64,000 nucleotides of DNA from Tricharina praecox (lineage: Eukaryota), in contig NW_026250457.1 in NCBI RefSeq assembly GCF_024521635.1, positions 1 through 64,000 of the forward strand, in the 5' to 3' direction. Position 1 is the stretch's first letter. Each line of letters starts with the position of its first letter. Shown one piece after another: positions 45,344-57,027 of the stretch. A model generated the notes under the pieces. That model was not told the DNA's origin. It did no database searches and was given only the letters and a program-made list of their open reading frames with translations. Made by a program: the position numbers and the translations under genes.

Positions 45344-47612
45344 CGCTTTTGAGAGCTTTCTCCCACTCAGCGTCAGATCCTCCCTTCTCGCGCAGCAACT
45401 CCAAAAACTCCAAAGACCATTTCCGTGTTGGGGTAGAGGTTAGCCGTACCGACGAGATCAGAAACGAGGTACCGTGTCCAGCCGTGCTGATCGAAGAGAC
45501 ATTGTTCTTTCCTGCAAAGTGTTTTCCGTGCAGGATCGTCGTGATTGGTTGATTCTCACCCCCTCCTTTTTCAGGGCGGTATTCCGGGCGCCGGGAAAGA
45601 GCATCAGGTTTTCCATTCTGGTTTCCGGGTCGGTAGTAGATCTTGAAATCGATGCCGGCAAGCTCCTGTGCCCATCGTGCCTGGCGTCGATTGAGTACTT
45701 TTGTGGTTGTGAAGTACTCAAGGTTTTGGTGGTCGCTAAAGACTTGCACTTGGTGCTGTGCACCTTCGAGGTATCGTCTCCAGTGTTTGAAAGCGTCGAC
45801 AATGGCGAGTAGCTCTTTGTCGTGGATTTCGTAGTTGATTTCCGCGGGAGAGAATTTCCTCGAATGGTAGGCAACAGGGTGCAGTCTTCCTTCTTCATCC
45901 TTCTGGGATAGGACGGCACCGAGGGCGAAATCCGATGCGTCTGTTTCAACGATAACTGGTTCATTGGGTTGGAAGTGGGCCAGTATCGGAGCTGTAGTGA
46001 AGCGTTTCTTCAGATCGTCAAAGGATTTCTGCATCTCGGGCGTCCATTGCCAATCCTTCTTATCACCTTTCGTAGACTCCGTCAACGGGCGCGCGACCCT
46101 CGAGTAGTCCTTGATAAAGCGGCGATAGAAGTTAGCGAAGCCCAGAAAGGATTGAACGTCTCGCAGGGACCGGGGTACTTCCCACTCAAGCACACTTTCC
46201 ACTTTGTCCCCTGCCATCTTGATTCCTTCTCGGCCGACTATGTAGCCGAGGAATTCCACCTCATGCTTTCTCCACTCGCATTTTTCCGCTGATACGGCCA
46301 GTTTGTTAGCCGTCAGACGTCGCAGGACTTCTTTGACTATTTCATCATGCTCCGCCCTGGTAGAGGTGTAGATGAGAAGGTCGTCAATATAGGCAACCAG
46401 GCCGAGATCAATCATATCCCGGAAGATATGATTAATCATGTCCTGGAAGGTAGCAGGTGCGTTGGACAGTCCAAACGGCATAACGAGAAATTCGTAGAGG
46501 CCATAACGTGTTCGGAATGCTGTCTTCCACTCGTCCCCTTCTTTGATGCGTACCAGGTGATACCCATTCTTCAGGTCAATCTTGGTGAAGAACTGTGCTC
46601 CACGGATCCTGTCTTGTAGTTCAGACATGAGTGGGAGTGGGTATCGATTGGCGATAGTGACGCGGTTGAGTCCTCGATAGTCGACGCAAAGGCGAAGACC
46701 ACGTCCATGGGCTTTTGGGACGAAGAGAATGGGGGCTCCCGCGCTGGAGGTGGACCGACGTATCTTTCCAGTCCGTAGCATGTCCTTCAACCATTCTCGG
46801 AGGGCTTCGAGCTCTGCTTCTGAGAGGGCATAGATCGGACCCCAAGGAGGTGTGGTATCTTCCTTGAGCCGGATCTCGTGGTCGTAGGAGCGGTGTTCCG
46901 GAAGTGCATCTGCGGCTTCTTTTCCCATGATATCAAGAAAGTCGCGGAATTCTTCTGGTATCTGTTCCAAGGGGTCCGCCACCAGCTCAACGGCCGCGGC
47001 GTATCCTATTACCCTAGCGTCCGGATTGTTTGCAATCTCCGGATCATAGCTTAGGGGAAACTCCGTTGCTGCGTGCTTGGTGCAGTTCTTCAAACAGGAG
47101 GGGCTGTTGAAGCGGAGTTCGGGGGTGTCCCAAGCACCTTGTGGGGTGTGCTTGGCTATCCACCAGTAGGGGAGGAACGCGTCCACTCCCGGTTCGAGGG
47201 AGGTCATTTCGAAGACCTCCTGGGAGTAGTGGTTCCGGTGTTGGAGGAGAAGGGGCATTGTATAATATTGGCCGCCTTCTTTGATGGGTTCGCCGGTAAA
47301 GCCACGCAAGCTGACGGCTTGTTCGTGCTTCTGCCGGGGAATCTTTAACCGCGAAGATAGGGAGGAGTCCAGGAGGGGGGTAGAACAGCCGGTGTCTAGT
47401 AACACTCGGATTCGGCTTTGTTGTTTGTTGCCCCAGTGTAACATCATCTCCACTATCGGTCGGTTTCCGTTTCTTGGCTTGGGCGCGGACGTAGGGGTTG
47501 TCCGTCTTCGCTTATCCCGTTCGTTTTTCTCGGGTTCGGGACCCGGCCGTTTTCTGGACGTGCCGCATATATACACCGTGGTCTTAGGCTGCGGCATGCC
47601 TTGACCTAACAA
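45258..47612 (-). CDS. pol: Pol of element B: protease, RT, RNase H (-1 frame relative to gag)
   Basis: LLDTGC, LCVDYRGLN, MPFGL, YIDDLLIY, ETDASDFALG; overlaps the gag end at G-GAT-TTT. Confidence 0.93.
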   Translation of the reverse strand: MLGQGMPQPKTTVYICGTSRKRPGPEPEKNERDKRRRTTPTSAPKPRNGNRPIVEMMLHWGNKQQSRIRVLLDTGCSTPLLDSSLSSRLKIPRQKHEQAVSLRGFTGEPIKEGGQYYTMPLLLQHRNHYSQEVFEMTSLEPGVDAFLPYWWIAKHTPQGAWDTPELRFNSPSCLKNCTKHAATEFPLSYDPEIANNPDARVIGYAAAVELVADPLEQIPEEFRDFLDIMGKEAADALPEHRSYDHEIRLKEDTTPPWGPIYALSEAELEALREWLKDMLRTGKIRRSTSSAGAPILFVPKAHGRGLRLCVDYRGLNRVTIANRYPLPLMSELQDRIRGAQFFTKIDLKNGYHLVRIKEGDEWKTAFRTRYGLYEFLVMPFGLSNAPATFQDMINHIFRDMIDLGLVAYIDDLLIYTSTRAEHDEIVKEVLRRLTANKLAVSAEKCEWRKHEVEFLGYIVGREGIKMAGDKVESVLEWEVPRSLRDVQSFLGFANFYRRFIKDYSRVARPLTESTKGDKKDWQWTPEMQKSFDDLKKRFTTAPILAHFQPNEPVIVETDASDFALGAVLSQKDEEGRLHPVAYHSRKFSPAEINYEIHDKELLAIVDAFKHWRRYLEGAQHQVQVFSDHQNLEYFTTTKVLNRRQARWAQELAGIDFKIYYRPGNQNGKPDALSRRPEYRPEKGGGENQPITTILHGKHFAGKNNVSSISTAGHGTSFLISSVRLTSTPTRKWSLEFLELLREKGGSDAEWEKALKSVGEAASEEQEPNTGKGKEGSGTWEFRAE

Positions 47613-49594
47613 AAATCCTGCTCCTCGTCCGAACCTTCCGCCCAGACGGGAGGGACATCTCTCATGGCCTCGTCCCTGATATCCACTGCAGCGGTTTTGG
47701 GTGCCTTGGATTTTGGTGGTTCCAATGAGTCATTTGCGCCGCGCTTTCGCTTGTTTGCGCCTGCGATTTTTCGTGGGGCTGGGGGAAGTTGGGTGTTACC
47801 GACCGTCTTCGCTGCATAGCAGGCAAGCGCTCGGTGTCCTTCTCTTCCACATCTCATGCAGCCACCGGATTTCTTGTGGGCGTCTATCTCCTGCTGAGGG
47901 ACCCCATCCAATGCTGCCTTCATCCCATCCCAGATCCACTCCTCTTTACCCGTCCGGGAACCGGACTGACCACCTCGGCTCGAATCTCCCTTCGGCCGGT
48001 GGTCCTCCTTTTTCTTTCCCTGGCTTTTCGGCCCCTTGCCAGATTCCTTCGAGCTACCACTCGAACTCTGGCCACCCGATCCACCCCTCTCCTTTGATTT
48101 CAACAGCGCCTTCTTGCGCTCCACGTGCCGTCCTGCTTCGTGGGTCGCGTGTAGGAACGGCTCGTCTTCCCGGAAGATTCCCGCGTTCTGGGCAAAGCGC
48201 ATATCGATGATATCAGCAGGCATGGCTTTATCGATCATGTCCTGCAAGGCTTCTCCTGTGACTTGAGCGTGGAGATTCAACGCTCTGAATGAGGTGAGGT
48301 ATGATTTGATGTCTCCCTTGTAACGAAGGGCCCACATCTTGTCCAATGCCTCTCCGGCCTCACGGGGGTCCAGGTATTCTTCCTGAATAGCGTCTGCGTA
48401 CGCTTGCCAGGTGTCCCGACGTCGCAAGGTCCTTCGCCGTGCCTGGTGCCATTCCAGTGCCTCATGGGTAAGCAATGTGCCTATCCACACGATGCGCTGG
48501 CGGTCCTCGGTCCGCGGATAGAAGTCAAGGTATTCTTCCACCGCGTCCCACCAAGGGCGGAAGGGGGTGGTAGGCTTCCCGTCAAAGCTCTTTGGATTGC
48601 TGAGACGGAGCTTTTGCACTCCCTCTTGGGAAGCTCTGAATGCTTCCGAGAGAACTCTAGCGAAGCGACGTTCGTCAGTCTCGTTAGGTTCGGGAGATGC
48701 GCGAGTCTCCCTCGGTCGGCGCGGAGGAGGGCTTGGCGAATGCCTGTTGTCTTCGTCCATCGGGTCGTCGTCCGATGGCGGCCCACCTGGGGGAAGTACT
48801 GGAGGTCTCGGGGGGATTGGTGGTGCTCCTCCTCCTCCGGTGCCACTACTCTGAGGTGGTGGGTAAGAGTCCGTTGACTCAGATCTTCGCGGGCTCCTGT
48901 GGGCCCACGGGGGTGTAGCGTCGCGGGGTGCCCGGCCGCGGAGGGAGACTTCTCGGGTTGCCCTTTTTGTTTTGGCTAATGCGTCTGCGAGTTTCTTCTG
49001 TTCTGACGCGAGCCGAGCCGTCTCCGCTTCCTGCTGTGCTGCCCATCTTTCCAGGTTTTGTCGGTACTGGGCCTGCTCCCGTTGGCGTTCGAGATCTGCC
49101 GTCTGGAGGAACACCATCGCGTCTTTCATGCGTGCATTCGCTTCTTCCTGGATGAAGATTCGCCGTGTGGCATCGTTCGTTTTTTCGGTGATCATGTCCC
49201 AGACATCGCTACTGAAGGCCTGTGCCGCGTTTGCGATTGCGGATAGCTCCGTGCGCAACCATTCTTGTTGGACCGTTGCGTCTGAGTTCTGGAGGTCGAA
49301 CAGGTACTGGCAACCGCGATAGAGTGCCTCGTAGTTTTGTTCGATTTCTCGCATTCGGCGGTTCCCGTGGTCGAAGGTTTTGTCACAGGCGACGTAGAGG
49401 GATCGGAGGTCCCTTTGCGCCGTGCGATGGAGGTTGATCATCATCCGGACCCAGTCTGCGGGGCTGCGAACTTCGACGGTTGAGTCATCGATAGAGGTAT
49501 CATTGATGACCTCTTGGAGGGATCGTGGGCGCTCCAGTCGGAGCATATCCACGTTGGAGGAGGGTGCGGCAATCGGTCTGGAGGGGGATGCCAT
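47606..49594 (-). CDS. gag: Gag of element B, 662 aa
   Basis: Uninterrupted ORF with a capsid-like region (PKSFDG...ALEWH) and the zinc knuckle CMRCGREGHRALAC. Confidence 0.93.
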   Translation of the reverse strand: MASPSRPIAAPSSNVDMLRLERPRSLQEVINDTSIDDSTVEVRSPADWVRMMINLHRTAQRDLRSLYVACDKTFDHGNRRMREIEQNYEALYRGCQYLFDLQNSDATVQQEWLRTELSAIANAAQAFSSDVWDMITEKTNDATRRIFIQEEANARMKDAMVFLQTADLERQREQAQYRQNLERWAAQQEAETARLASEQKKLADALAKTKRATREVSLRGRAPRDATPPWAHRSPRRSESTDSYPPPQSSGTGGGGAPPIPPRPPVLPPGGPPSDDDPMDEDNRHSPSPPPRRPRETRASPEPNETDERRFARVLSEAFRASQEGVQKLRLSNPKSFDGKPTTPFRPWWDAVEEYLDFYPRTEDRQRIVWIGTLLTHEALEWHQARRRTLRRRDTWQAYADAIQEEYLDPREAGEALDKMWALRYKGDIKSYLTSFRALNLHAQVTGEALQDMIDKAMPADIIDMRFAQNAGIFREDEPFLHATHEAGRHVERKKALLKSKERGGSGGQSSSGSSKESGKGPKSQGKKKEDHRPKGDSSRGGQSGSRTGKEEWIWDGMKAALDGVPQQEIDAHKKSGGCMRCGREGHRALACYAAKTVGNTQLPPAPRKIAGANKRKRGANDSLEPPKSKAPKTAAVDIRDEAMRDVPPVWAEGSDEEQDFC

Positions 49595-50619
49595 TTCGTA
49601 GGTGGTAATTCTTTAGAAAAGGATCGATTTTTCTTAAGATTATAGTGTGAGACTGGAACGATTTCGGTCGTCGGAGTCGATTGATAGAATAGGATAAGAA
49701 TGAAGATAGATAGTATTCTTTCTTTCACAAGCGGAATAATCTTAAGGGGTAGTGTCGATGGTTTTCTCGTCGCTGATTCTGATGATGAATCTTTCGTCGT
49801 GTCGTCGGAAGTCTATATAGTTGGGTGATGTGATCGAGTCACGTGCCAGCCGTTGCCGTAGTTTGTTGCCGGATGGAACCCCTGGCGTGAAATCTCTGCA
49901 CTTGGTGCGGAGACTTTCTCCGCCATGTCATCAGAGTCGTCGTAAGCTTTCAGGATAGTTTATACAAACTAGGCAGGTATGGCGCACCAATCCTTACCCG
50001 AGCATAGTCCGGTTTCAGCTATCTCCCCGCTGGGCAACGGCTGCGCCTTTCGGCACGGCTCTTATTTGCTTAAGACGCGAGAAGAGGGGCAACACTCGTC
50101 ATAGTGGTTTTTCCCCGATCAGAGTTTCCTCTGCGCTTGTTCCGCGATTCGCCTGCCTCAAGTCAAGGATGACTGTATCGGACTTTTCGTGCGTATCGCT
50201 GCGCCTCCGATCCCACCTAGACTCTGGTTCCGTTTGCTTCCTTCCTTCCTATCTCGTCTCTGACTAGCTACGACTAATCTAAAAAATCCCTTCCTGTTCC
50301 CCGATCTATCTAACTATCTTTCCTGAACTCCCGTTGGTAAGCAGCCGGACTCTGGAGTCGGGCCGACTGCGACCAGGGTGTCACACGCTATCTTCTGCTG
50401 CTCGTTTGTTTCTGGGTGGAACTCAACATGTTCTTCAACTGAGTCCCACCAAGGACGGAAGGCTGTTCTTTGCTTGCCATCGAACGGCTTGGGCACTTTC
50501 ATTTTAAGCTTGATGGCCCTCGGGTTCGATGCGGAAACGGCAGCAGCGATGATTCGAGCGAAGCGACTCTCTTCGTCTTCGTCGTCTTCTCTTGGTAGCG
50601 GAGCGTGTCGGTGACGGGG

Positions 50620-51310
50620 TGTGACACCCCGATAGCTATCGGAGGACACGACGGTCGCAAGAGATGTGATTAGATAGTTCGGGTGATTAGAATAGAGTTG
50701 CGAGCCGAAAGGATAGTTAGAAGCGATCGAGGACAAGATAGGAAGGAGGGAGCAAACGGATTCCAGAGTCTAGACAGTGATCGGAGATGCGGGAGATCGG
50801 GATAACAGTCCAGAGGGCTTTGAGATCTCCGTTCATAGGGCCCCGCAGTAGGAACTCCGATCCAGGGAAAAACTGTTATGACGAGAGAATCGAACATCGA
50901 CCGATGGGGGCAGACAACTTCGAGCGAAGAACTCTGCCGGCGCATGAGGGAGATAATTGCTCGGAAACCCCGATCTATCTTGGGCGCGTGGTGTTTACCA
51001 CCTGCCTAGTCGAGAAGACTATCCGAAGAGAGCTGACGACGACTCGAGGCTAGGCCGCGGAACTCCGATGCAAAGGAAGCAACGGAGCTACGTTAGGCCG
51101 CACTCTAGAGGAATCACGTGCTGAGGATCGGAACGACTATAAGTCGAACCGAGCAGGCAAACCGAACCAAACTACAATCATCGCACCGAACAAACCATCG
51201 AAGAAACACCCTTAAGATTATTCCGTTGTGAATTATCGAAATCCCTGACTTTTATTCTATCCTCGACTTTACTATAGACTCCGACGACACAAACCCGTCC
51301 CAGCCTCACA
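50620..51310 (+). mobile_element. Solo family-Y LTR, antisense inside the gag of element A, TSD CGGGG
   Basis: Reverse complement of the 52204-52892 LTR; CGGGG at 50615-50619 and 51311-51315. Confidence 0.93.
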
Positions 51311-53602
51311 CGGGGCGGCGAACGACGCGGCAAGGGGATGGAATCGTCATCATCCGATGGTTTCTCATCCGAGGGATCACCTCCAAGGTTAGTCACCGGA
51401 CGTCTTGGGGGTGGAGGAGGAGGGGACATTCCTGCACCTGCCGGAGTTTCCCTTGTTGCTGACCTTTCTGCCCGCGATCCTCCTCTTGGGGTGGTGTTTA
51501 CCCACTCTGGGGCTTTTTCCTTCGCCTTCCCTGTCCTTACCTCTACAGCCTTCAATTTTTTTTCCGCTCGAGCGATTTTTTCCTTGATTCGCTGTTGCTC
51601 CTTGTAGAGGTACTCTGCCTTCTCTTCCTGTTTACCTGCCCAAATTTCCACGTTGCGGTTGTACACCGCTTGCTCCCTGCGTTGTTCGACTTGCGCCGTT
51701 TCGAGGAACACGATGGCGTCTTGTAGCCGAGCGTTTGCGACGCTTTGCAACTCGCGGTTGTCTTCATCTTTCTGGTTACGTTCTCGAATGACTGCCCATA
51801 CGTCGCTGCTCAGGGCGTGCGTTGCGTTCGCTACCGTTGACAGCTCGGTTCGAAGCCATTCTGTATTCATTTCGGCATTGTGAGCGTAGAGGTTGTACAC
51901 ATACTTGACCCCATCGCAGAGTTGTTCGTAGTTCCTTCTAATTTCCTGCATTCGGGAGTCCTCTTCGTTGAACTTCTAATCGCATGCTTGGTAAAGTTGG
52001 CGCAGGTCTCTTTGTGCCGTGTGATATTGCTGGTTCATGAGCCTGAGCCAGGCTGCCGGGTTTCGTACTTCGACGGTTTCGGATGCTTGCGGGATGCTAA
52101 CGAGCGCATTGCTCAGGGTCTGAGGAAGTTCGAGGCGGAGCATGTCGAGGTTTGAGGAGGACATTTTCGATAGAAATCGGTGACTGTAACCTTAAGATTA
52201 TAGTGTGAGACTGGAACGAGTCTGTGTCGTCGGAGTCTATGGTAATATCGAGTGCAGAATAAAAGTCAGGGATTTCGATAATTCACAATGGAATAATCTT
52301 AAGGGTGTTTGTTCGATGGTTTGTTCGGTGCGATGATTGTGTTTTGTTCGGTTGCCCGCTCGGTTCGACTTATAGTCGTCCCGATCCTCAGCACGTGATT
52401 CCTCTAGAGTGCGGCCTAACGTAGCTCCGTTGCTTCCTTTGCATCGGAGTTCCGCGGCCTAGCCTTGAGTCGTCGTCAGCTCTCTTCGGATAGTCTTCTC
52501 GACTAGGCAGGTGGTAAACACCACGCGCCCAAGATAGATCGGAGTTTCTGAGCAATTATCTCCCTCATGCGCCGGCAGAGTTCTTCGCTCGAAGTTGTCT
52601 GCCCCCATCGGTCGATGTTCGATTCTCTCGTCATAACAGTTTTTTCCTGGATCGGAGTTCCTACTGCGGGGCCCTATGATCGGAGATCTCAAAGTCCTCT
52701 GGACTGTTATCCCGATCTCCCGCATCTCCGATCACTGTCTAGACTCTGGAATCCGTTTGCTCCCTCCTTCCTATCTTGTCTTTGATCGCTTCTAACTATC
52801 CTTTCGGCTCGCAACTCTATTCTAATCACCCGAACTATCTAATCACATCTGTTGCGACCGTCGTGTCCTCCGATACCTATCGGGGTGTCACAGCAGGGGC
52901 AGTGCGGCTCCGCAGGGCAGGAGTCACGGAAGCGGGGTACTGGCAAGGTGGATTTCTCAGGGTTTGGCACACGCCCACGGTCATTGGCAGGTTGCGGGAA
53001 GAAGTGGAGGATTTTCTATATAAACGGGCCGTTGCCCCTCTGTATTTAGTTCTTCACGCAACAACTTGTTAATTCAATCACTGTTACCTCTGTCCTTGCC
53101 TCGGCTGCCGTCTGCGCCGTAGTCCTTGTCCCTGCCTCTGTTCTCAGTTGCCGTCTGCACTGAGTCCTGCCTCACCTTGTCCCCTGAACCCGTCTTGCCT
53201 CTACCGAACCCAGAACCCGATCCCCAGCCCGACTTCGCTACCTGGAGCCTTGCCCGACCGTGCCGTTACAACTGGCAAGGTGGGTTTATCAGGTTCTGGC
53301 ACACGCCCACGGTCATTGTCAGGTTGTGGGAAGAAGTGGAGGATTTCCTATATCAACAGGCCGTTGACCCTCTATACTTAGATTTTCACGCAACAACTTG
53401 TTAAATCAATTACTGTTACCTCTGTCCTTGCCTAGGCTACCGTCTGCGCCGTAGTCCTTGTCCCTGTCTCTGTTCTCAGTTGCCGTCTGCACTGAGCCCT
53501 GCCTCACCTTGTCCTCTGAACCTGTCTTGCCTTTGCCGAACCTAGAACCCTATCCCCAGCCCGACTTCGTTACCTGGAGCCTTGCCCGAACGTGCCGTTA
53601 CA

Positions 53603-56600
53603 GCCGTACGATCCTTGTTTCCTTCCAGTGCGCCGTTGACCTCAGCAAGCGTGGTGTTGAAAATCGTGAGGCTTTCCTTGCTGACCAGTTCATGGAATCA
53701 CTCCACTTGTAAGGCTGAGATTCTGACTGTGCTTTCCCTTGAAAGGTTAGTGTATTCTTGATTATTCTTCCTTGAGGGAGACGTAATGCTGCGGGCCACG
53801 ATGTCGCCGGCCCCCGCGCTTACCGCTGGCTCTTGCTGAGCTGCTTTTGACGCGAGAGCATAGGTAGATACGTCAGGCGGGTCGGTGGTGATTCCATGTG
53901 CAATTGTGGGCACCACATTGCAGTTGACTATATAGTATTCAGCGCCGAAGGTGAGGGTCCGGGAGATAAACCGGATGGCCACATCGTAGAGTTCCATCCA
54001 GTGGATTCCGAGTACAACGAAGTAGTTGTCTAGTTTGGTGACAAACATAGGGATTTCTTCCTGGTGTTCATGTATGGACAGGGTGGTGGTGGCAACATGT
54101 GTGATGTCGCCTGACTCAAAGGGACGGTCATCGATAAATATGAGGGTGCGCGGGAATTCCAGGGGTACAATGGGTAGGTGGTGACGGCGGGCTGAGTTTT
54201 TGTCTACAAATGCAATTGCGGTTGCCCCACGGTCAATCAGTGCATGCCTGGCAATGGTTTTGTCACCAAACGAAAGGTTACACAATACAACAAGATTTTT
54301 TCCTTCCATTGATGATTCCTCCACAACCATTCCTAACACTGAGAGACTAGACAAACGAAAAATAGGGGACATAGGAGACAAAGACTTATCCTGGGCACGA
54401 CCAACAACAGTGCCATCAAGCAGTTGTTGGTATTGGCTTTTCCCGACTCCTGCGATGTCTCGCCGCAATCCTGGGTGCAGTTGTGATAGGTGTGAGCCCG
54501 GGTGGTGTTGGTGGGCTGGGCTGACTCCAGCTGGGCAACGGCTGCTCAGAACAAATTTCAGTTCTTGTTGGGGGATTGCCTGGCCATGTGACCACTTCCT
54601 GCACAGTACAGGCAGTGGCCTTCATGTAGCCAGACGGCACGCTCTTGGTTAGAGATCCTGCGGGTCTTGGCACTTAAGTCCATGGCTAGGGGGTCAGTTC
54701 CGGTGGTAGTGGTCCTCAGGAGCATGGTGTTTTGGGTAGCGTGCCTCAGCGGCACGGTGGGCTGTGGGGCGCCACTCAGCCGAGCAGAGATGGTGTTGTA
54801 GCGTCCCTCACGAAGTTGGAGGGCACGCAGCTCGGAGTCCAGCCGTTGACAAAGGGCTACAAATTCATCGTAGTTGAGGCCCTGAGTACGGCCCACAAGT
54901 TGCAGGTGGAGGCTAATGGATATTCTTTCTCCCAGTGCGTCCAGTTACCATGCTCGTCCCAATTGAGCTTGGACACAAGCATCTGGAATTCTGAAAAGTA
55001 GCAGGTGAACTCCTTATTGCCTAGCTTTAGATGGTGCAGCTTGGCTCGAGCGGTGGCCGCTGGGTTGGGGTCACTTAACGGGTTGTTCAGGAGTGTAATG
55101 ATGGCATCAGCGTCGGTGTGGGTGATGTTGTTGTACTAGATGTATGGCAGGATCTGGGCTTGACCACGGCCTTTCAAGCGGTTGAAGGCACAGGCCATTT
55201 GGAGTGCTGGAGCCGGGAAACAGGCTGGTTGCCTGTATAGCATAAGTGGAAGTTGCGCAACAAACGCTTCCAGTTTCGCGCGTGTTCTGACGAATATGGA
55301 TGGCTCTGGGACACGCCCAGCGTGGCTTCGAAGTTGGTCTTCGACCGTGGTGAGGCAGTTGGCGACGCGGCGGGCATCGGCAAGTTATTCTTCGAGGTCG
55401 TCAAATCGCCAGGTTGATATTGCTATCGAGGACAGGGTGATTACACGGGCGGGAATTCTGAATCCGTTGTATAACCCCACCAGGGTTGCATCACTGCCGG
55501 ATGCACCGTGATTGAGGATTATTTCAAATTGTTCGTAGATGGCGGCGGGAATTTCTCTGTGGAAGGGGGTTGCCACTGGTACTTCCTCCGGCTGGGGGAT
55601 GTCGGACAGTTGAGTGTTGGTGGCCCTGGTGGTTGACTAGGTGGAGAGATGGAGGACGCAACAAAGTGTAACGGCACGGTCGGGCTGGGCTCCAGGTAGC
55701 GAAGACGGGTAGGCAGGTGAACAGCAACTGGCCTGGGCAAGGGAGAGGTGAGACTGGGAGATGAGGCAAGACAGGACTCAGTGCGCTCGGCAAGTGAGAA
55801 ACAACGGTGGAGACAGGAACCACGGCGCAGACGGCGGTCAAGGTAAGGACAGAGGTAACAGGTGGTAACAGTGATTGAATAAACAAGTTGTTGCATGAAG
55901 AACTAAACACAGAGGGGCAACGGCCCGTTTATATGGAACATCCTCCACTTCTTACCGCAACCTGACAATGACCGTGGACGTGTGCCAGAACCTAAGAAAT
56001 TCACCTTGCTAGTACCCCACTTCCGTGGCTCATACTTTGCATGTGAGGCTAGAACGAGTTCGAGTCGTCGGAGTCTATGGTATCGTTGACTATAGAAACA
56101 AATTCAGAGATTTCGATAATTCACAACAGAATAATCTTAAGAGTGTTTCTTCGATGGTTGTTTGGTGCGATGATTGTGTTCGGTTCGGTTGCCTGCTCGG
56201 TTCGATATTTAAAGTTGTCGCGATTCTCGGCACATGATTCCTCTAGAAACCGGCCTGATACGGCTACGTTGCGTTCTTTGTATCAGAGTTTCCCGCGGCC
56301 CAGCCTTAAGTAGCCGTCAGCTCTCTTCAGACAGTCTTCTCGACTAGGCAAGTGGTAAACACCACACGCCCAAGATAGATCAGGGTTCCCGAGCAATGAT
56401 CATCCTTATGCGCCGGCAGAGTTCTTCGCTCGAAGTTCTCAGCCCCCATAAGTCGATGTTTGATTCTCTCGTCATAACAGTTTTTCCCTTGATCAGAGTT
56501 CCTACTGCGGGGCCCTATCATCGGTGATCTCAAAGCCCTCTGAGCCGTTTACCCCAATCACCCGCATCTCCGATCACTATCTAGACCCTGGAATCCGTTT

Positions 56601-56948
56601 GCTTTTTTTCTTCCTAACTTGTCCTTGATCGCTTCTAACTATCCCTTCGTCTCGCAACTCTATTCTAATGACCTGGACTATCTAATTACATCTCTTGCGA
56701 CCGTGGTGGCCTCCGATACCTATCGGGGTGTCACACTGCGCGGCGGCACTACCCCTGCTTCCTGCACACAGCTCCAATCCTCTGTCACTCATTGCTGTGC
56801 TACCCTTAGTTCCTGCACACAGCCCCAATTCTCTACGCCTCATTTTTGCGCTGTGGGTGGACTGCGTCCCAATGCTTTTGATACTGGTACTGGCCCTTCC
56901 GATGCTGGTACCGGTCCTCCCTTGGACATTGCGTTACAAGCCGTGACA
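53603..56948 (-). mobile_element. Degraded 5' part of a family-X element: 5' LTR (55667-56948, split by a solo LTR), gag, protease
   Basis: gag remnants with CLYCAGSGHMARQS; protease ALIDRGAT (mutated D[S/C]G) and VVLGIHW; many stops. Confidence 0.85.
56042..56735 (-). mobile_element. Older, diverged solo family-Y LTR
   Basis: TGTGAGG...GGTGTCACA; flanks TTGCA and CTGCG are consistent with a TSD decayed by two transitions. Confidence 0.85.
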
Positions 56949-57027
56949 ATCTCGCCGGCATCACTTGGTCCACCATGTATTGAAGTGGCTTCCCAGTTGT
57001 GTTTGCCACTAGTTTAAGGGCTCAGAA

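Larger units (their letters stand above)
42936..50385 (-). mobile_element. Full-length young Ty3/gypsy chromovirus element B, 7450 bp (family-Z LTRs 42936-43675 and 49646-50385)
   Basis: 740-bp LTRs, identical on line-by-line comparison; TSD CGCTA (42931-42935, 50386-50390); PPT next to 43676; inserted into the gag of element A. Confidence 0.97.
37522..52892 (-). mobile_element. Ty3/gypsy chromovirus element A (family-Y LTRs 37522-38210 and 52204-52892), interrupted by two insertions
   Basis: 689-bp TG...CA LTRs with ~2 mismatches by eye; TSD GCAGG (37517-37521, 52893-52897); PPT GGGAGGGGAGATGG next to 38211. gag lies in pieces (52164-51311, 50619-50391, 42930-42010). Confidence 0.95.
37386..53602 (+). 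mobile_element. Family-X LTR split by element A (37386-37521 + 52893-53270), plus a tandem partial LTR (53271-53602); outer TSD GCCGT
   Basis: The LTR halves rejoin seamlessly across the GCAGG TSD. GCCGT lies at 36817-36821 and 53603-53607, and pol sequence resumes on both sides. Confidence 0.75.

Noticed and set aside
33674..56948. One single outer X element spanning the whole left nest
   Set aside because: Orientation and domain order fit, but the flanks (GTTAA vs ATCTC) give no TSD and the two LTRs look like different subfamilies, so the halves are reported separately.
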